Below, piece by piece: positions 26,398 to 36,626 of a stretch of DNA of 64,000 nt. Within the stretch, counting starts at the first letter, position 1, and each line of letters begins with the position of its first letter. Under the pieces are notes generated by a model. It did not search any database and was not told the origin of the DNA. It saw nothing but the letters and a program-made list of their open reading frames with translations. The stretch spans positions 598 to 64,597 of the forward strand of contig JBJERW010000088.1 of NCBI GenBank assembly GCA_051882475.1, read 5' to 3'. A program made the translations under genes and the position numbers. Origin of the DNA: Huintestinicola sp. (GTDB lineage Bacteria > Bacillota > Clostridia > Oscillospirales > Ruminococcaceae).

Positions 26398-28413
26398 ATG
26401 CAGAGAATAGGCGTATTTGTATGCCACTGCGGTACAAACATTGCAGCTACTGTCGATGTCAAGGCCGTTGCAGAAGCTCTCGGCAAGGAACCGGGCGTTG
26501 TTTCCTCCGTTGAGTATCAGTACATGTGTTCCGAGGCAGGTCAGACAATGATCCAGGATACTATCAGGGATCAGAAGCTTACAGGTGTTGTAGTATGTTC
26601 ATGCTCGCCCCGTATGCACGAGAACACATTCAGAAAGGCTGCCGCTAAGGCAGGTCTTAACCCCTATCTTGTTGAGATCGCAAATATCCGTGAGCAGTGC
26701 TCATGGATCCACAGGGATAAGGCTTCGGGTACAGAAAAGGCTATCGTTCTCGGACGCACAGCTATCGCTAAGGTAAGCCTTAACGCACCCCTTACAGCAG
26801 GGGAGAGCCCCGTTACAAAGAGAGCACTCGTTATCGGCGGCGGTATCGCAGGTATCCAGACAGCTCTCGATATCGCTGAGGCAGGCTTTGAAGTAGATAT
26901 CGTTGAAAAGCAGCCTACCATCGGCGGAAAGATGACTCAGATCGATAAGACATTCCCGACCCTCGACTGCGCTTCATGTATCCTTACACCTAAAATGGTT
27001 GACTGCTCTCAGAACGAGAAGATACATATCTACGCATACAGCGAGGTTGACGAGATATCCGGATTTGTCGGCAACTTCACAGCAAAGATCAGAAAGAAAG
27101 CACGTTATGTTGATACCACAAAGTGCACAGGCTGCGGAATCTGTACCGAGAAATGTCCTCAGAAGAAGGTTTCCAACGAGTTCAACTTAGGCTTCGATAC
27201 AAGACGTGCCATCTATATTCCTTTTGCACAGGCAGTTCCGAAGGTAGCTACTATCGACCCAAACTACTGCACAATGCTTAAAACAGGCAAGTGCGGCGTA
27301 TGCTCAAAGGTTTGTACAGCAGGCGCTATCGACTACAAGCAGCAGGACGAGATCATCGAGGAACAGTACGGTGCTATCGTAGCTGCAACAGGCTACAATC
27401 CTATCGAGCTTGGCGATAAGTACGATGAGTTCTCTTACTCTCAGAGCAAGGACGTTATCACTTCTCTTGAGCTTGAAAGACTCATGAACGCCGCAGGTCC
27501 TTCAAACGGCACACTCATCAGACCTTCCTACCTTGACAAGCAGGACGATCACAGAGCACACCCCAAGAACATCGTATTCGTTCAGTGTGTAGGCTCCAGA
27601 TCGGACGACGGCTGCGGAAAGCCATACTGCTCCAAGATCTGCTGTATGTACACCGCTAAGCACGCTATGCTTATCAGAGATAAGTACCCCGATACAAACG
27701 TATATGTATTCTACATCGACGTCCGTACTCCCGGTAAGCTTTTCGACGAGTTCTACCGCAGAGCCGTTGAACAGTACGGAGTACACTATATAAAGGGAAT
27801 GGTCGGCAAGGTTTCTCAGCTGCCTGACGGTACCCTTGATGTTCAGGCTTCCGACCTTATCGCAAACGAGCAGCTCCATATCAATGCAGACCTGGTCGTT
27901 CTTGCAACAGCTATCGAGCCTGACAAGACTGCACGCTCCGTTGCTACGATGCTCAGAGCGAGCATGGACACAAACGACTTCTTCACCGAGGCTCACGCAA
28001 AGCTTCGTCCCGTTGAAAGCCCCACAGCAGGCGTATTCCTCTCGGGCGTATGCCAGGGACCTAAGGATATCCCAGAGACCGTATCTCAGGCAAGTGCCGC
28101 TGCGGCAAAGGTCATCGGTCTTCTTTCCAAGGACAAGCTCACAGGAAACCCCTGCGTCGCTCACTCCGACGAGCTTATGTGTAACGGCTGCTCGGCTTGT
28201 GAAAAGGTTTGTCCTTACGGCGCTATCACATATTCCGACAAGGAATTCAGACAGCCTGACAGAACTGTGGCGATCCGCAGAGTTGCTTCCGTAAATCCTG
28301 CCGTATGCCAGGGCTGCGGCGCTTGTACGGTTGCTTGTCCTTCCGGCGCTATGGATCTCAACGGCTTCTCCAATAAACAGATTATGGCGGAGGTAGATGC
28401 GATATGCCTATAA
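26398..28413 (+). CDS. hdrA: Heterodisulfide reductase subunit A-like FAD/Fe-S protein
   Basis: RIGVFVCHCGTNI, NIREQCSW, GGGIAG, KTFPTLDC, QCVGSR, CSKICC, GPKDIP, ferredoxin motifs. Confidence 0.95.
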   Translation: MQRIGVFVCHCGTNIAATVDVKAVAEALGKEPGVVSSVEYQYMCSEAGQTMIQDTIRDQKLTGVVVCSCSPRMHENTFRKAAAKAGLNPYLVEIANIREQCSWIHRDKASGTEKAIVLGRTAIAKVSLNAPLTAGESPVTKRALVIGGGIAGIQTALDIAEAGFEVDIVEKQPTIGGKMTQIDKTFPTLDCASCILTPKMVDCSQNEKIHIYAYSEVDEISGFVGNFTAKIRKKARYVDTTKCTGCGICTEKCPQKKVSNEFNLGFDTRRAIYIPFAQAVPKVATIDPNYCTMLKTGKCGVCSKVCTAGAIDYKQQDEIIEEQYGAIVAATGYNPIELGDKYDEFSYSQSKDVITSLELERLMNAAGPSNGTLIRPSYLDKQDDHRAHPKNIVFVQCVGSRSDDGCGKPYCSKICCMYTAKHAMLIRDKYPDTNVYVFYIDVRTPGKLFDEFYRRAVEQYGVHYIKGMVGKVSQLPDGTLDVQASDLIANEQLHINADLVVLATAIEPDKTARSVATMLRASMDTNDFFTEAHAKLRPVESPTAGVFLSGVCQGPKDIPETVSQASAAAAKVIGLLSKDKLTGNPCVAHSDELMCNGCSACEKVCPYGAITYSDKEFRQPDRTVAIRRVASVNPAVCQGCGACTVACPSGAMDLNGFSNKQIMAEVDAICL

Positions 28414-28850
28414 ACGAAAACAATGAATTCAGACCCCTGATCGTTGCGTTCTGCTGTAACTGGTGCTCATATGCAGGCGCCGACCTTGCAGGTACAAACA
28501 GACTCAACTATCCGGCTGATGTAAAAATTATCCGTGTGCCCTGCTCATGCCGTGTAAACCCCATGTTTATCCTCCGTGCATTCCAGAGAGGCGCTGACGG
28601 TGTTATCATGTGCGGCTGCCACCCCGGCGACTGCCACTATACTTCCGGCAACTACTTTGCAAGAAGAAGAATGACCCTGCTCTTCTCCATGCTTGATTTT
28701 ATGGGCATCGAGAGAGAAAGGACCCGTGTTGAATGGGTTTCCGCAGCCGAGGGCGCAAAGTTTGCCGCTACAATGAACGAGTTTGTTGAAACCGTCACAA
28801 AGCTCGGCGAAAACAAGAGATTGGAGGATTTACGATGCAAGAAGCAGTAA
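28404..28850 (+). CDS. flxD: MvhD/FlxD-like 2Fe-2S subunit
   Basis: FCCNWCSYAGADLAG, RVPCSCRV, GCHPGDCHY, WVSAAEG. Confidence 0.88.
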   Translation: MPINENNEFRPLIVAFCCNWCSYAGADLAGTNRLNYPADVKIIRVPCSCRVNPMFILRAFQRGADGVIMCGCHPGDCHYTSGNYFARRRMTLLFSMLDFMGIERERTRVEWVSAAEGAKFAATMNEFVETVTKLGENKRLEDLRCKKQ

Positions 28851-29812
28851 CAAAGCGTGCAAAGGAGCTGCTTGCCGACGGTACAGTGAACCGTGTTGTC
28901 GGCTGGACAACAGGCGAATTTGCTTATGATACTACTCCCGCTGTTTTCACAACGGCGGAGGAGATCGACGCAGGACTTGTTTACAATGATTTCTGCGGAC
29001 CCAACCTTTCCAAATATCTCGTCAAGGAATCACGCAAGGAAGGCAAGCTGCTTGTTTTCCTCAAGCCCTGCGATACATACAGCTTCAATCAGCTTACCAA
29101 GGAGCACCGCATCATCAGGGAGAACATCTATGTTGTAGGCGTTCCCTGCAAGGGCAAGGTAAACGCTGAAGTTGTCCGCTCCAAGGGCGTTAAGGGTATC
29201 ACAGGAATGGAGTCGGACGGCGAGAACGTTACAGTCCACACTCTTTACGGCGATACCGTTCTTCCCCTCAGCGAAACTCTCGGCGCTAAGTGCGCTACCT
29301 GCAAGTCCAAGAAGCACGTTGTATTCGATGAGCTTCTCGGAGAGGACGGCGAGGTAAACAACGACGGCAAGCGTTTTGAAATGGTTGAAAAGCTTGAAGC
29401 CATGACCGCCGACGAGCGTTTTGAATTCTGGAGAGGCGAGCTTTCCAAGTGTATCCGCTGCAATGCGTGCCGCAATGTATGTCCTGCGTGCACCTGCGAA
29501 AACTGCGTATTCGACAACCCGAATTCGGGCATTCAGCAGAGAGCGGCTACAGATACCTTTGAAGAGAATATGTTCCACATTATCCGTGCGTTCCATGTAG
29601 CGGGCAGATGCACCGACTGCGGCGAATGTTCGAGAGTATGTCCTCAGAGCATTCCTCTTCATCTCCTCAACCGTAAGTATATCAAGGATATCGACGAGTT
29701 CTACGGAGATTATCAGGCAGGCGAGGATCTTGAAACAAAGGCTCCTCTCAACACCTACACCTTCGGCGACTGCGAGCCGAGCATTGTATATAACAGAGGA
29801 GGTAAGGAATAA
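28835..29812 (+). CDS. flxC: FlxC-like 4Fe-4S protein
   Basis: CIRCNACRNVCPACTC, HVAGRCTDCGECSRVCP; position in hdr-flx order. Confidence 0.8.
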   Translation: MQEAVTKRAKELLADGTVNRVVGWTTGEFAYDTTPAVFTTAEEIDAGLVYNDFCGPNLSKYLVKESRKEGKLLVFLKPCDTYSFNQLTKEHRIIRENIYVVGVPCKGKVNAEVVRSKGVKGITGMESDGENVTVHTLYGDTVLPLSETLGAKCATCKSKKHVVFDELLGEDGEVNNDGKRFEMVEKLEAMTADERFEFWRGELSKCIRCNACRNVCPACTCENCVFDNPNSGIQQRAATDTFEENMFHIIRAFHVAGRCTDCGECSRVCPQSIPLHLLNRKYIKDIDEFYGDYQAGEDLETKAPLNTYTFGDCEPSIVYNRGGKE

Positions 29813-30834
29813 TGTTCAAGCTTCCTATTGAAAAGCTCAGCGAATTCTTTGCCGCTGTTTCCGCCGTACAGACCCTTTATCTTCCCGTTGACGGAAAGGA
29901 CGGAAAGGCTGCTTACAAGAAGTATTCCGACGGCGATGTAATGAGCAAGGCTCTCAACACCGTCAGAAGCGCAAAGGATTTCTTCTTCCCCCAGACAACC
30001 AATATCTGCGACTTCAATATGAACGGTCAGAATATCGAGATCATCGACAACAGAACCGAGAGCGAAGATTTCGTAGTATTCGGTGTTCGTGCTTGTGATG
30101 CAAGAAGCTTCACTATCCTGGACAAGGTTTTCCTTGTTGAACCTGTGGATACATACTATGCAACACGCAGAGAGCACGGTACGATCGTTACCATGGCATG
30201 CACACAGCCCGAAGAAACCTGCTTCTGCAGCGCATTCGGAATTGATGCTGCCGCTCCTGAGGGAGATGCGGCATGCTGGATGACAGCAGACGCTCTCTAC
30301 ATCACAGCCAACAACGAGAAGGGCGAGAAGTTCATTCAGTCCGTAAGCTCTCTCCTTACAGAGTGCGGCAGCGAAGCTGTTGACGCTCAGAAGGCTGAAA
30401 CCAAAAAGATCGTTGAAAAGCTTCCCTTTGCGGGCATTTCCGCTGATTATTTCAGAAAGAATACACTGCTTGAGATTTTCAACTCCGAGAAGTGGAACAA
30501 GCTTTCCGAGTCCTGCCTTGGATGCGGTACTTGTACTTTCGTTTGTCCTACATGCCAGTGCTATGATATCAAGGATTACGATACAGGCCACGGGATCAAG
30601 CGTTACCGTACATGGGACAGCTGCATGTATTCCGACTTCACAAGAATGGCTCACGGAAACTCCAGAAACACTCAGATGCAGCGTTTCAGACAGAGATTTA
30701 TGCACAAGCTTGTATACTTCCCTGACAACAACAACGGTGAGTTCGGCTGCGTAGGCTGCGGACGATGCCTTACAAGATGCCCTATTTCTATGAATATCGT
30801 CAAGGTAATCAAGTCTTTCGGGGAGGAAAAATAA
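29812..30834 (+). CDS. flxB: FlxB/AsrA-like 4Fe-4S protein
   Basis: FGVRACD, CFC, CLGCGTCTFVCPTCQC, WDSC, RFRQRFMHK, CVGCGRC. Confidence 0.82.
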   Translation: MFKLPIEKLSEFFAAVSAVQTLYLPVDGKDGKAAYKKYSDGDVMSKALNTVRSAKDFFFPQTTNICDFNMNGQNIEIIDNRTESEDFVVFGVRACDARSFTILDKVFLVEPVDTYYATRREHGTIVTMACTQPEETCFCSAFGIDAAAPEGDAACWMTADALYITANNEKGEKFIQSVSSLLTECGSEAVDAQKAETKKIVEKLPFAGISADYFRKNTLLEIFNSEKWNKLSESCLGCGTCTFVCPTCQCYDIKDYDTGHGIKRYRTWDSCMYSDFTRMAHGNSRNTQMQRFRQRFMHKLVYFPDNNNGEFGCVGCGRCLTRCPISMNIVKVIKSFGEEK

Positions 30835-31661
30835 TGCAGAACGAAACTTTGATCCCAAGAATCGGCGTAGTTACCGATATAAGAATCGATACTCCCGACG
30901 TCAAGACCTTCCGTGTTGTGGGAACTGACGGAAAGAAGCTGTTTGAACATATCCCGGGTCAGTGCGCAATGGTTTCTATCCCCGGCGTAGGCGAGGGTAT
31001 GTTCTCCATCACATCTTCCCCCACAAACAAAGAATACATGGAATTTTCCATCAAGAAGTGCGGCTGTCTTACATCATGGCTCCACATGATGGACGTGGGA
31101 CAGCAGATCACCGTAAGAGGTCCTTACGGAAACGGTTTCCCCGTTGAGTCAACATTCAAGGGCAAGGACCTCCTGTTTATCGCAGGCGGTATCGGTCTTG
31201 CCCCTCTCCGCAGCGTTATCAACTATGTTCGTGACAACCGTGCAAACTACGGCAGCGTTCAGATAGTTTACGGTTCCCGTTCAATGGACGATCTGGTTGA
31301 CTACAAGGAGATCATCAACGAGTGGATGAAGGATGACGGAATCGAAGTCAACCTGACCATCGACCGTGAGCAGGAGGGCTGGGACGGTCACGTAGGATTT
31401 GTTCCCAACTACGTTAAGGAGCTTAATCCCGACCTGAAGAAGACAGTTATCATCTGCGGACCTCCGATCATGATAAAGTTTACTCTGGCAGGACTTAAGG
31501 AGCTTGGCTTCGTTGAAACTCAGGTTTTCACAACAATGGAGCTTCGTATGAAATGTGCTATCGGAAAGTGCGGCAGATGCAACATCGGCAACAAGTACGT
31601 CTGCAAGGACGGCCCTGTATTCCGTTTCGATCAGCTCGACGAGCTTCCTAATGAATATTAA
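30834..31661 (+). CDS. flxA: FlxA/AsrB-like FAD/NAD-binding 2Fe-2S subunit
   Basis: PGQ, RGPYGNGF, AGGIGLAPLRS, CGPPIM, MKCAIGKCGRC..CKDGPVF; start moved to ATG 30834. Confidence 0.85.
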   Translation: MQNETLIPRIGVVTDIRIDTPDVKTFRVVGTDGKKLFEHIPGQCAMVSIPGVGEGMFSITSSPTNKEYMEFSIKKCGCLTSWLHMMDVGQQITVRGPYGNGFPVESTFKGKDLLFIAGGIGLAPLRSVINYVRDNRANYGSVQIVYGSRSMDDLVDYKEIINEWMKDDGIEVNLTIDREQEGWDGHVGFVPNYVKELNPDLKKTVIICGPPIMIKFTLAGLKELGFVETQVFTTMELRMKCAIGKCGRCNIGNKYVCKDGPVFRFDQLDELPNEY

Positions 31662-31679
31662 TAAGGAGTGTAGTTTCAG

Positions 31680-32354
31680 ATGGAAAATATGGTAAATATC
31701 TTTCTGTTCGGCAAGCAGTACACAGTTCCTGCAAGCCTGACGATAATGAAGGCTATGGAATATGCAGGCTACCAGCTCGTAAGAGGCTGCGGCTGCCGTA
31801 ACGGTTTCTGCGGTGCCTGCGCAACTATCTACAGAATAAAGGGCGACACTGAGCTCAAGACTTGTCTTGCATGCCAGACTCAGGTCCAGGAGAACATGTA
31901 TATCGCAACTCTTCCCTTCTTCCCCCTTGTAAAGCAGATCTATGATATCAACACTATCCCTACAACACAGGCTGTTATGATGCAGCTTTATCCCGAGATA
32001 TACGCTTGCGTAGGCTGTAATGCCTGCACAAAGGCTTGTACTCAGAAGCTGAACGTTATGCAGTACATTGCATACGCTCAGAGAGGCGAGTTCGACAAGT
32101 GCGCTGAAGAATCCTTCGACTGCGTAATGTGCGGCGTATGTTCTTCCAGATGCCCTGCAGGTATCTCTCACCCACAGGTTGGTATGCTCGCAAGACGTAT
32201 CAACGGCAAGTATCTCCAGCCCAAGTCCCAGCACCTTGAGGACAGGGTAAAGGAGATCAACAACGGCGACTTCAAGGCATTCCTCGACGAGCTTATGGCT
32301 ATGTCCGATGCGGAAATGCAGGAGAAGTACAATAACAGAGATATCGAAAAGTAA
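31680..32354 (+). CDS. Fumarate reductase/succinate dehydrogenase iron-sulfur subunit-like
   Basis: GCRNGFCGAC..LAC (2Fe-2S) plus CVGCNACTKAC and CVMCGVCSSRCP. Confidence 0.8.
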   Translation: MENMVNIFLFGKQYTVPASLTIMKAMEYAGYQLVRGCGCRNGFCGACATIYRIKGDTELKTCLACQTQVQENMYIATLPFFPLVKQIYDINTIPTTQAVMMQLYPEIYACVGCNACTKACTQKLNVMQYIAYAQRGEFDKCAEESFDCVMCGVCSSRCPAGISHPQVGMLARRINGKYLQPKSQHLEDRVKEINNGDFKAFLDELMAMSDAEMQEKYNNRDIEK

Positions 32355-32368
32355 GGGAGGACTGCCTA

Positions 32369-33976
32369 ATGTACACAAGTGAAGAAATGCTTGCTTCGAT
32401 CAAGAAGGTCGAAGCTAACAGAGCAGCAAACGCAGCTTATGAGCCTGTCAGAATGACAGCTGAACAGAAGGATGAGGTTCTCAAGACATATCATCCCGAC
32501 TATATCGAGTCTGAGTTTGAAGAACTCAAGATCGGCCCCAACAAGGGTGAGAAGGTTCCTCATCAGCTCGCCGATCTCCTTCAGGCTAACAGCCGTATCG
32601 ATCCTTCCAAGATCGATCTGGAGAACCCCAAGTATGATGTTGACGTTCTCGTGATCGGCGGCGGCGGAGCAGGTTCTTCCGCAGCTATCGAGGCTCACAA
32701 CGGCGGCGCTAACGTTATGATCGTTACAAAGCTCCGTATCGGTGACGCTAACACAATGATGGCTGAGGGCGGTATCCAGGCTGCTGACAAGCCCAACGAT
32801 TCCCCTGCTATCCACTACGTTGACGTTTACGGCGGCGGTCACTTCAAGGGCAAGCACGAGCTTGTTGCTAAGCTTGTAAACGATGCTCCCGACTGTATCC
32901 AGTGGCTCAATGAGCTGGGCGTTGAATTTGATAAGATGCCTGACGGCACAATGGTAACAACACACGGCGGCGGAACATCCCGTAAGAGAATGCACGCTTG
33001 TAAGGACTACTCGGGCGCTGAGATCATGAAGACTCTCCGTGATGAAGTTCTTAACAGACAGATCCCTGTTGTTGACTTCACGGCTGCAATTGAGATCATT
33101 CTTGATGATGAGGGCAAGGCTGCAGGTGCTGTTCTCATGAACATGGAAACCAAGGAGATCATGGTTGCTAAGGCTAAGACAGTTATCATTGCAACAGGCG
33201 GTGCAGGAAGACTTCACTACCAGGGATTCCCCACATCTAACCACTACGGCGCAACAGCTGACGGTCTTGTACTTGCATACCGTGCAGGCGCTAAGCTCCT
33301 TTACGCAGATTCCCTTCAGTATCACCCCACAGGTGCTGCATTCCCCGAGCAGATCTTCGGTGCTCTCGTAACCGAGAAGGTTCGTTCCCTCGGTGCTAAG
33401 CTCGTAAACTGCGACGGTGAAGTATTCATGCATCCGCTGGAAACACGTGATATCTGTGCTTCCTCCATCATCAGAGAGTGCAAGGCAAGAGGCAAGGGCA
33501 TCAAGACAGGCAATGAAGATGGTATGGGCGTATGGCTCGATACTCCTATGATCGAACTCAAGAACGGTGAGGGTACTATCGAAAAGAGAATCCCCGCAAT
33601 GCTCAGAATGTTCATGGAATACGGCATTGATATCCGTAAGGAGCCTATCCTTGTATATCCTACACTCCACTACCAGAACGGCGGTATTGATATCTCTGTT
33701 GACGGCATGAGCGGCGTTGAGAACCTCTATGTTGCAGGTGAGGCTGTCGGCGGTATCCACGGCAGAAACAGACTTATGGGCAACTCTCTCCTTGACGTTA
33801 TCGTATTCGGCAGAAACGCAGGAAAGAGCGTTGCAGCTAAGTACAAGAACGTTAAGGTCGGCAAGCTCACTCTTGACCATGTTAACAAGTTCGCTGAGGA
33901 GCAGAAGGCTGCAGGTATCAATACTGATATAGTATCTCCCAAGCTTCTCCCCGATTACGCAAGAAAAGCTAACTGA
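32369..33976 (+). CDS. Soluble fumarate reductase flavoprotein subunit-like
   Basis: GGGGAG, ATGGAG, QYHPTG, VTEKVR, ETRD, LHYQNGG, GRNRLMGNSL. Confidence 0.85.
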   Translation: MYTSEEMLASIKKVEANRAANAAYEPVRMTAEQKDEVLKTYHPDYIESEFEELKIGPNKGEKVPHQLADLLQANSRIDPSKIDLENPKYDVDVLVIGGGGAGSSAAIEAHNGGANVMIVTKLRIGDANTMMAEGGIQAADKPNDSPAIHYVDVYGGGHFKGKHELVAKLVNDAPDCIQWLNELGVEFDKMPDGTMVTTHGGGTSRKRMHACKDYSGAEIMKTLRDEVLNRQIPVVDFTAAIEIILDDEGKAAGAVLMNMETKEIMVAKAKTVIIATGGAGRLHYQGFPTSNHYGATADGLVLAYRAGAKLLYADSLQYHPTGAAFPEQIFGALVTEKVRSLGAKLVNCDGEVFMHPLETRDICASSIIRECKARGKGIKTGNEDGMGVWLDTPMIELKNGEGTIEKRIPAMLRMFMEYGIDIRKEPILVYPTLHYQNGGIDISVDGMSGVENLYVAGEAVGGIHGRNRLMGNSLLDVIVFGRNAGKSVAAKYKNVKVGKLTLDHVNKFAEEQKAAGINTDIVSPKLLPDYARKAN

Positions 33977-34004
33977 AAGTAATTAATAATTCATCATGCC
34001 CTGT

Positions 34005-34035
34005 GCCCCCTGCGGATAATTTTTACCGCAGGGGG
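34005..34035. terminator. Hairpin after the flavoprotein gene
   Basis: ccccctgcgg ... ccgcaggggg. Confidence 0.6.
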
Positions 34036-34173
34036 TAGCGGTGTGTATGAACACGGGACGTTTTGATCTGTATATGATTGGGAAAAAATGTGCATAATAT
34101 AGTCAGAACGAAATTATATATATATCAGAATGTCCTGAAAATCATTATTTTAATTAAAGGATGGAACATTAAC

Positions 34174-35436
34174 ATGAGTTTCGGAATCATTTCCATAACC
34201 GGTATAACCTACCTGATGTTCTTCATCTTTATCGTTGCCGCTCTGGGATATCTTCTCGGACGTGTTTCGATAAAGGGTGTTTCACTCGGAACAGCAGGCG
34301 TATTTATTGTTGCCCTTCTCATGGGTGCGCTTTTCTTCTCAAGCCTTGACAGCACCGTTACAATGACCGTTGACGGCGCAAAGGTCTCCTACGCAAAGAA
34401 CGCTCTGAAAATAATCGAAAACCTGGGACTTATCATGTTTGTAACATCGGTAGGCTTTATCGCAGGTCCGAACTTCTTCACAAGCCTTAAAAAGAACTTC
34501 AAGTCATATGCGCTTCTTTCGCTGCTGATAATCATTCTCGGCGGACTTACAACTATTGTCTGCATCAAGGTTTTCGGCTGCGGAACAGCAATGGCTGTAG
34601 GACTTCTTTCGGGCGCTCTTACCTCGACTCCCGCATTTTCTGCGGCAAAGGATACCCTTTCCTCGGTATATGCGGATACTCCCGAAGCTATCTCCAAGTT
34701 TGAAGATATCGTAACTGTAGGTCACGGTATTGCATACCTCTTCGGAGTAGTGGGCGTTGTGCTTTTCGTTCAGATAATCCCCAAGATCAGCAAGGCAAAC
34801 CTTGACGAGGAAAGAGCTAAGATAGCTTCCGTTGATACGGGTAAGGAAAAGAACGAGGGCAAGAAGCTTTTCGATATCGACGGCTTCGGTCTTGCTGCAT
34901 TTGCTATTGCAGTAGTGATCGGTATGTTCGTGGGCGGTATCAAGATACCTATGGGTGCTTCCACCTTCTCCCTCGGAACAACAGGTGGCTGCCTCCTTTC
35001 CTCCCTTGTAATTGCGCATTTCGGACATTTCGGACCTCTCAGCATGAAGCCCGAAAAGAGAATGCTTGAGATCTTCCGTGAATTCGGACTTATGGCATTC
35101 CTCCTCGGCGCAGGTATCCCCGGCGGCGCTTCCTTCGTTAAGTATTTCCAGCCCGAATACTTCCTCTACGGTGTTCTTATGACACTTGTTCCGATGATAG
35201 TAGGCTTCCTTGTTGCAAAATATCTTATCAAGCTGCCCCTGTTCAACAACCTTGGCGGAATCACAGGCGGTATGACATCTACACCTGCTCTCGGAACACT
35301 TATCAACGTTGCAAAGACAGACAACGTTGCCTCCGCATATGCGGCTGCATATCCTATCGCTCTGATAGCAGTTGTGCTTGTATCACAGTTTATAATCACC
35401 CTTTTCCCCGATCCTCTTTCTGTTGTGGGAATGTAA
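34174..35436 (+). CDS. AspT/YidE/YbjL-family transporter, candidate succinate exporter
   Basis: Duplicated motifs SLGTAGV/SLGTTGG and GALTSTPAF/GGMTSTPAL; many TM helices; next to fumarate reductase. Confidence 0.8.
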   Translation: MSFGIISITGITYLMFFIFIVAALGYLLGRVSIKGVSLGTAGVFIVALLMGALFFSSLDSTVTMTVDGAKVSYAKNALKIIENLGLIMFVTSVGFIAGPNFFTSLKKNFKSYALLSLLIIILGGLTTIVCIKVFGCGTAMAVGLLSGALTSTPAFSAAKDTLSSVYADTPEAISKFEDIVTVGHGIAYLFGVVGVVLFVQIIPKISKANLDEERAKIASVDTGKEKNEGKKLFDIDGFGLAAFAIAVVIGMFVGGIKIPMGASTFSLGTTGGCLLSSLVIAHFGHFGPLSMKPEKRMLEIFREFGLMAFLLGAGIPGGASFVKYFQPEYFLYGVLMTLVPMIVGFLVAKYLIKLPLFNNLGGITGGMTSTPALGTLINVAKTDNVASAYAAAYPIALIAVVLVSQFIITLFPDPLSVVGM

Positions 35437-35688
35437 TTTATTATATCTTATACTAATCCCTCATTAAAGTGTAGACAAAAAATCTGCGCAAAATCCATAT
35501 ATGCGAGATTTTGCTTGATTTTTTGTACACTTTATAATCGGGGATTAGTATTAATAAACAGATGACCGATGTGAATTTTTTGCATCGGTCATTTTTGTTT
35601 TGAAAAACTTGCAATGAAGTGCTTTTTATGCTATACTGATTTTTCGAAAAAGGTAATTCTTCGATTGGCAAAAAAGGGGAGAATAAAA

Positions 35689-36495
35689 ATGACAAAAGCG
35701 GTATATCCCGTTGTGGGAAAGCAGAGCGTGCTGCCCTTTTATCTTACGGGCATAGGAGTTTCCGACCCCGAGATACACGTTGTCAGAAATACGGGACTGA
35801 TATCCCATCAGTTCCTTTTTACGTCCGAGGGTTCGGGAATGCTTCATGTGGACGGGAAGGAGTATCCTCAGGAAAAAGGCTCTATGTTTTACCTTGCGCC
35901 GGGAAAACCTCATGAATATTACCCCGTTAACGGGGACTGGGTAACAAACTGGCTTGTGTTCCGTGGAAAATGCTCCGACGAGCTTATGCGCAACATAGGC
36001 TTGAATGGCTTTGCATATGCCCCTTCCTGCAATACGGAACGCTGCGAAAAAATTTTCCGAAGGATATTTACCGCTGCCGTTGACCCCATTAACGGGGGAG
36101 AAAATGCGTCGGTGCCTGTTTATGAATATATCCTTGCAGCACGTGAGGCTATCCTTTTCCCCGAAAACAGGGGAAAAAGCAATATCGTATCGGACGCTTT
36201 GATCTATATCGACAAAAACTATATGCAGGATATCGCCATTGAAACCCTTGCGGGACTGTCGGGAGTGTCGGTGCAGCATTTCTGCCGTGTGTTCAAGGCG
36301 GAAACGTTAATGCGTCCCCTTGAATATCTTGCAAGGCGGCGTATATCGGAAGCCAAAGCGCTTCTTACAAACACAGCTCTGGAAATAGGGGAGATAGGCA
36401 GAATGTCGGGCTATCCCGACAGAAATTATTTCAGCATAGTTTTCCGTAGGCTTGAGGGAGTTTCTCCGAGGGAATACCGAAGAACTAAAGGGTGA
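35689..36495 (+). CDS. AraC-family transcriptional regulator
   Basis: Cupin N-domain (PGKPHEY); C-terminal HTH GYPDRNYFSIVFRRLEGVSPREYR. Confidence 0.9.
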   Translation: MTKAVYPVVGKQSVLPFYLTGIGVSDPEIHVVRNTGLISHQFLFTSEGSGMLHVDGKEYPQEKGSMFYLAPGKPHEYYPVNGDWVTNWLVFRGKCSDELMRNIGLNGFAYAPSCNTERCEKIFRRIFTAAVDPINGGENASVPVYEYILAAREAILFPENRGKSNIVSDALIYIDKNYMQDIAIETLAGLSGVSVQHFCRVFKAETLMRPLEYLARRRISEAKALLTNTALEIGEIGRMSGYPDRNYFSIVFRRLEGVSPREYRRTKG

Positions 36496-36626
36496 CCCGA
36501 TTTTTTTCTGCTCCATGTTCATATCTTAATAATATGCAAAATATTTCATATTGACCGCCGGAAGGTACAGCGATATAATACAGATAGAAAAACTTATTGA
36601 TATCGGTATCGGGAGGAGTATCGGTC

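Noticed and set aside
25185-28850. Methanogenesis or archaeal contamination
   Set aside because: hdr genes are in the bacterial hdr-flx arrangement with host-like codon usage and no methanogenesis genes
23145-33880. Long antisense ORFs (e.g. 32366-33880, 29755-30858, 31281-32378)
   Set aside because: Shadows of strongly codon-biased sense genes; no motifs
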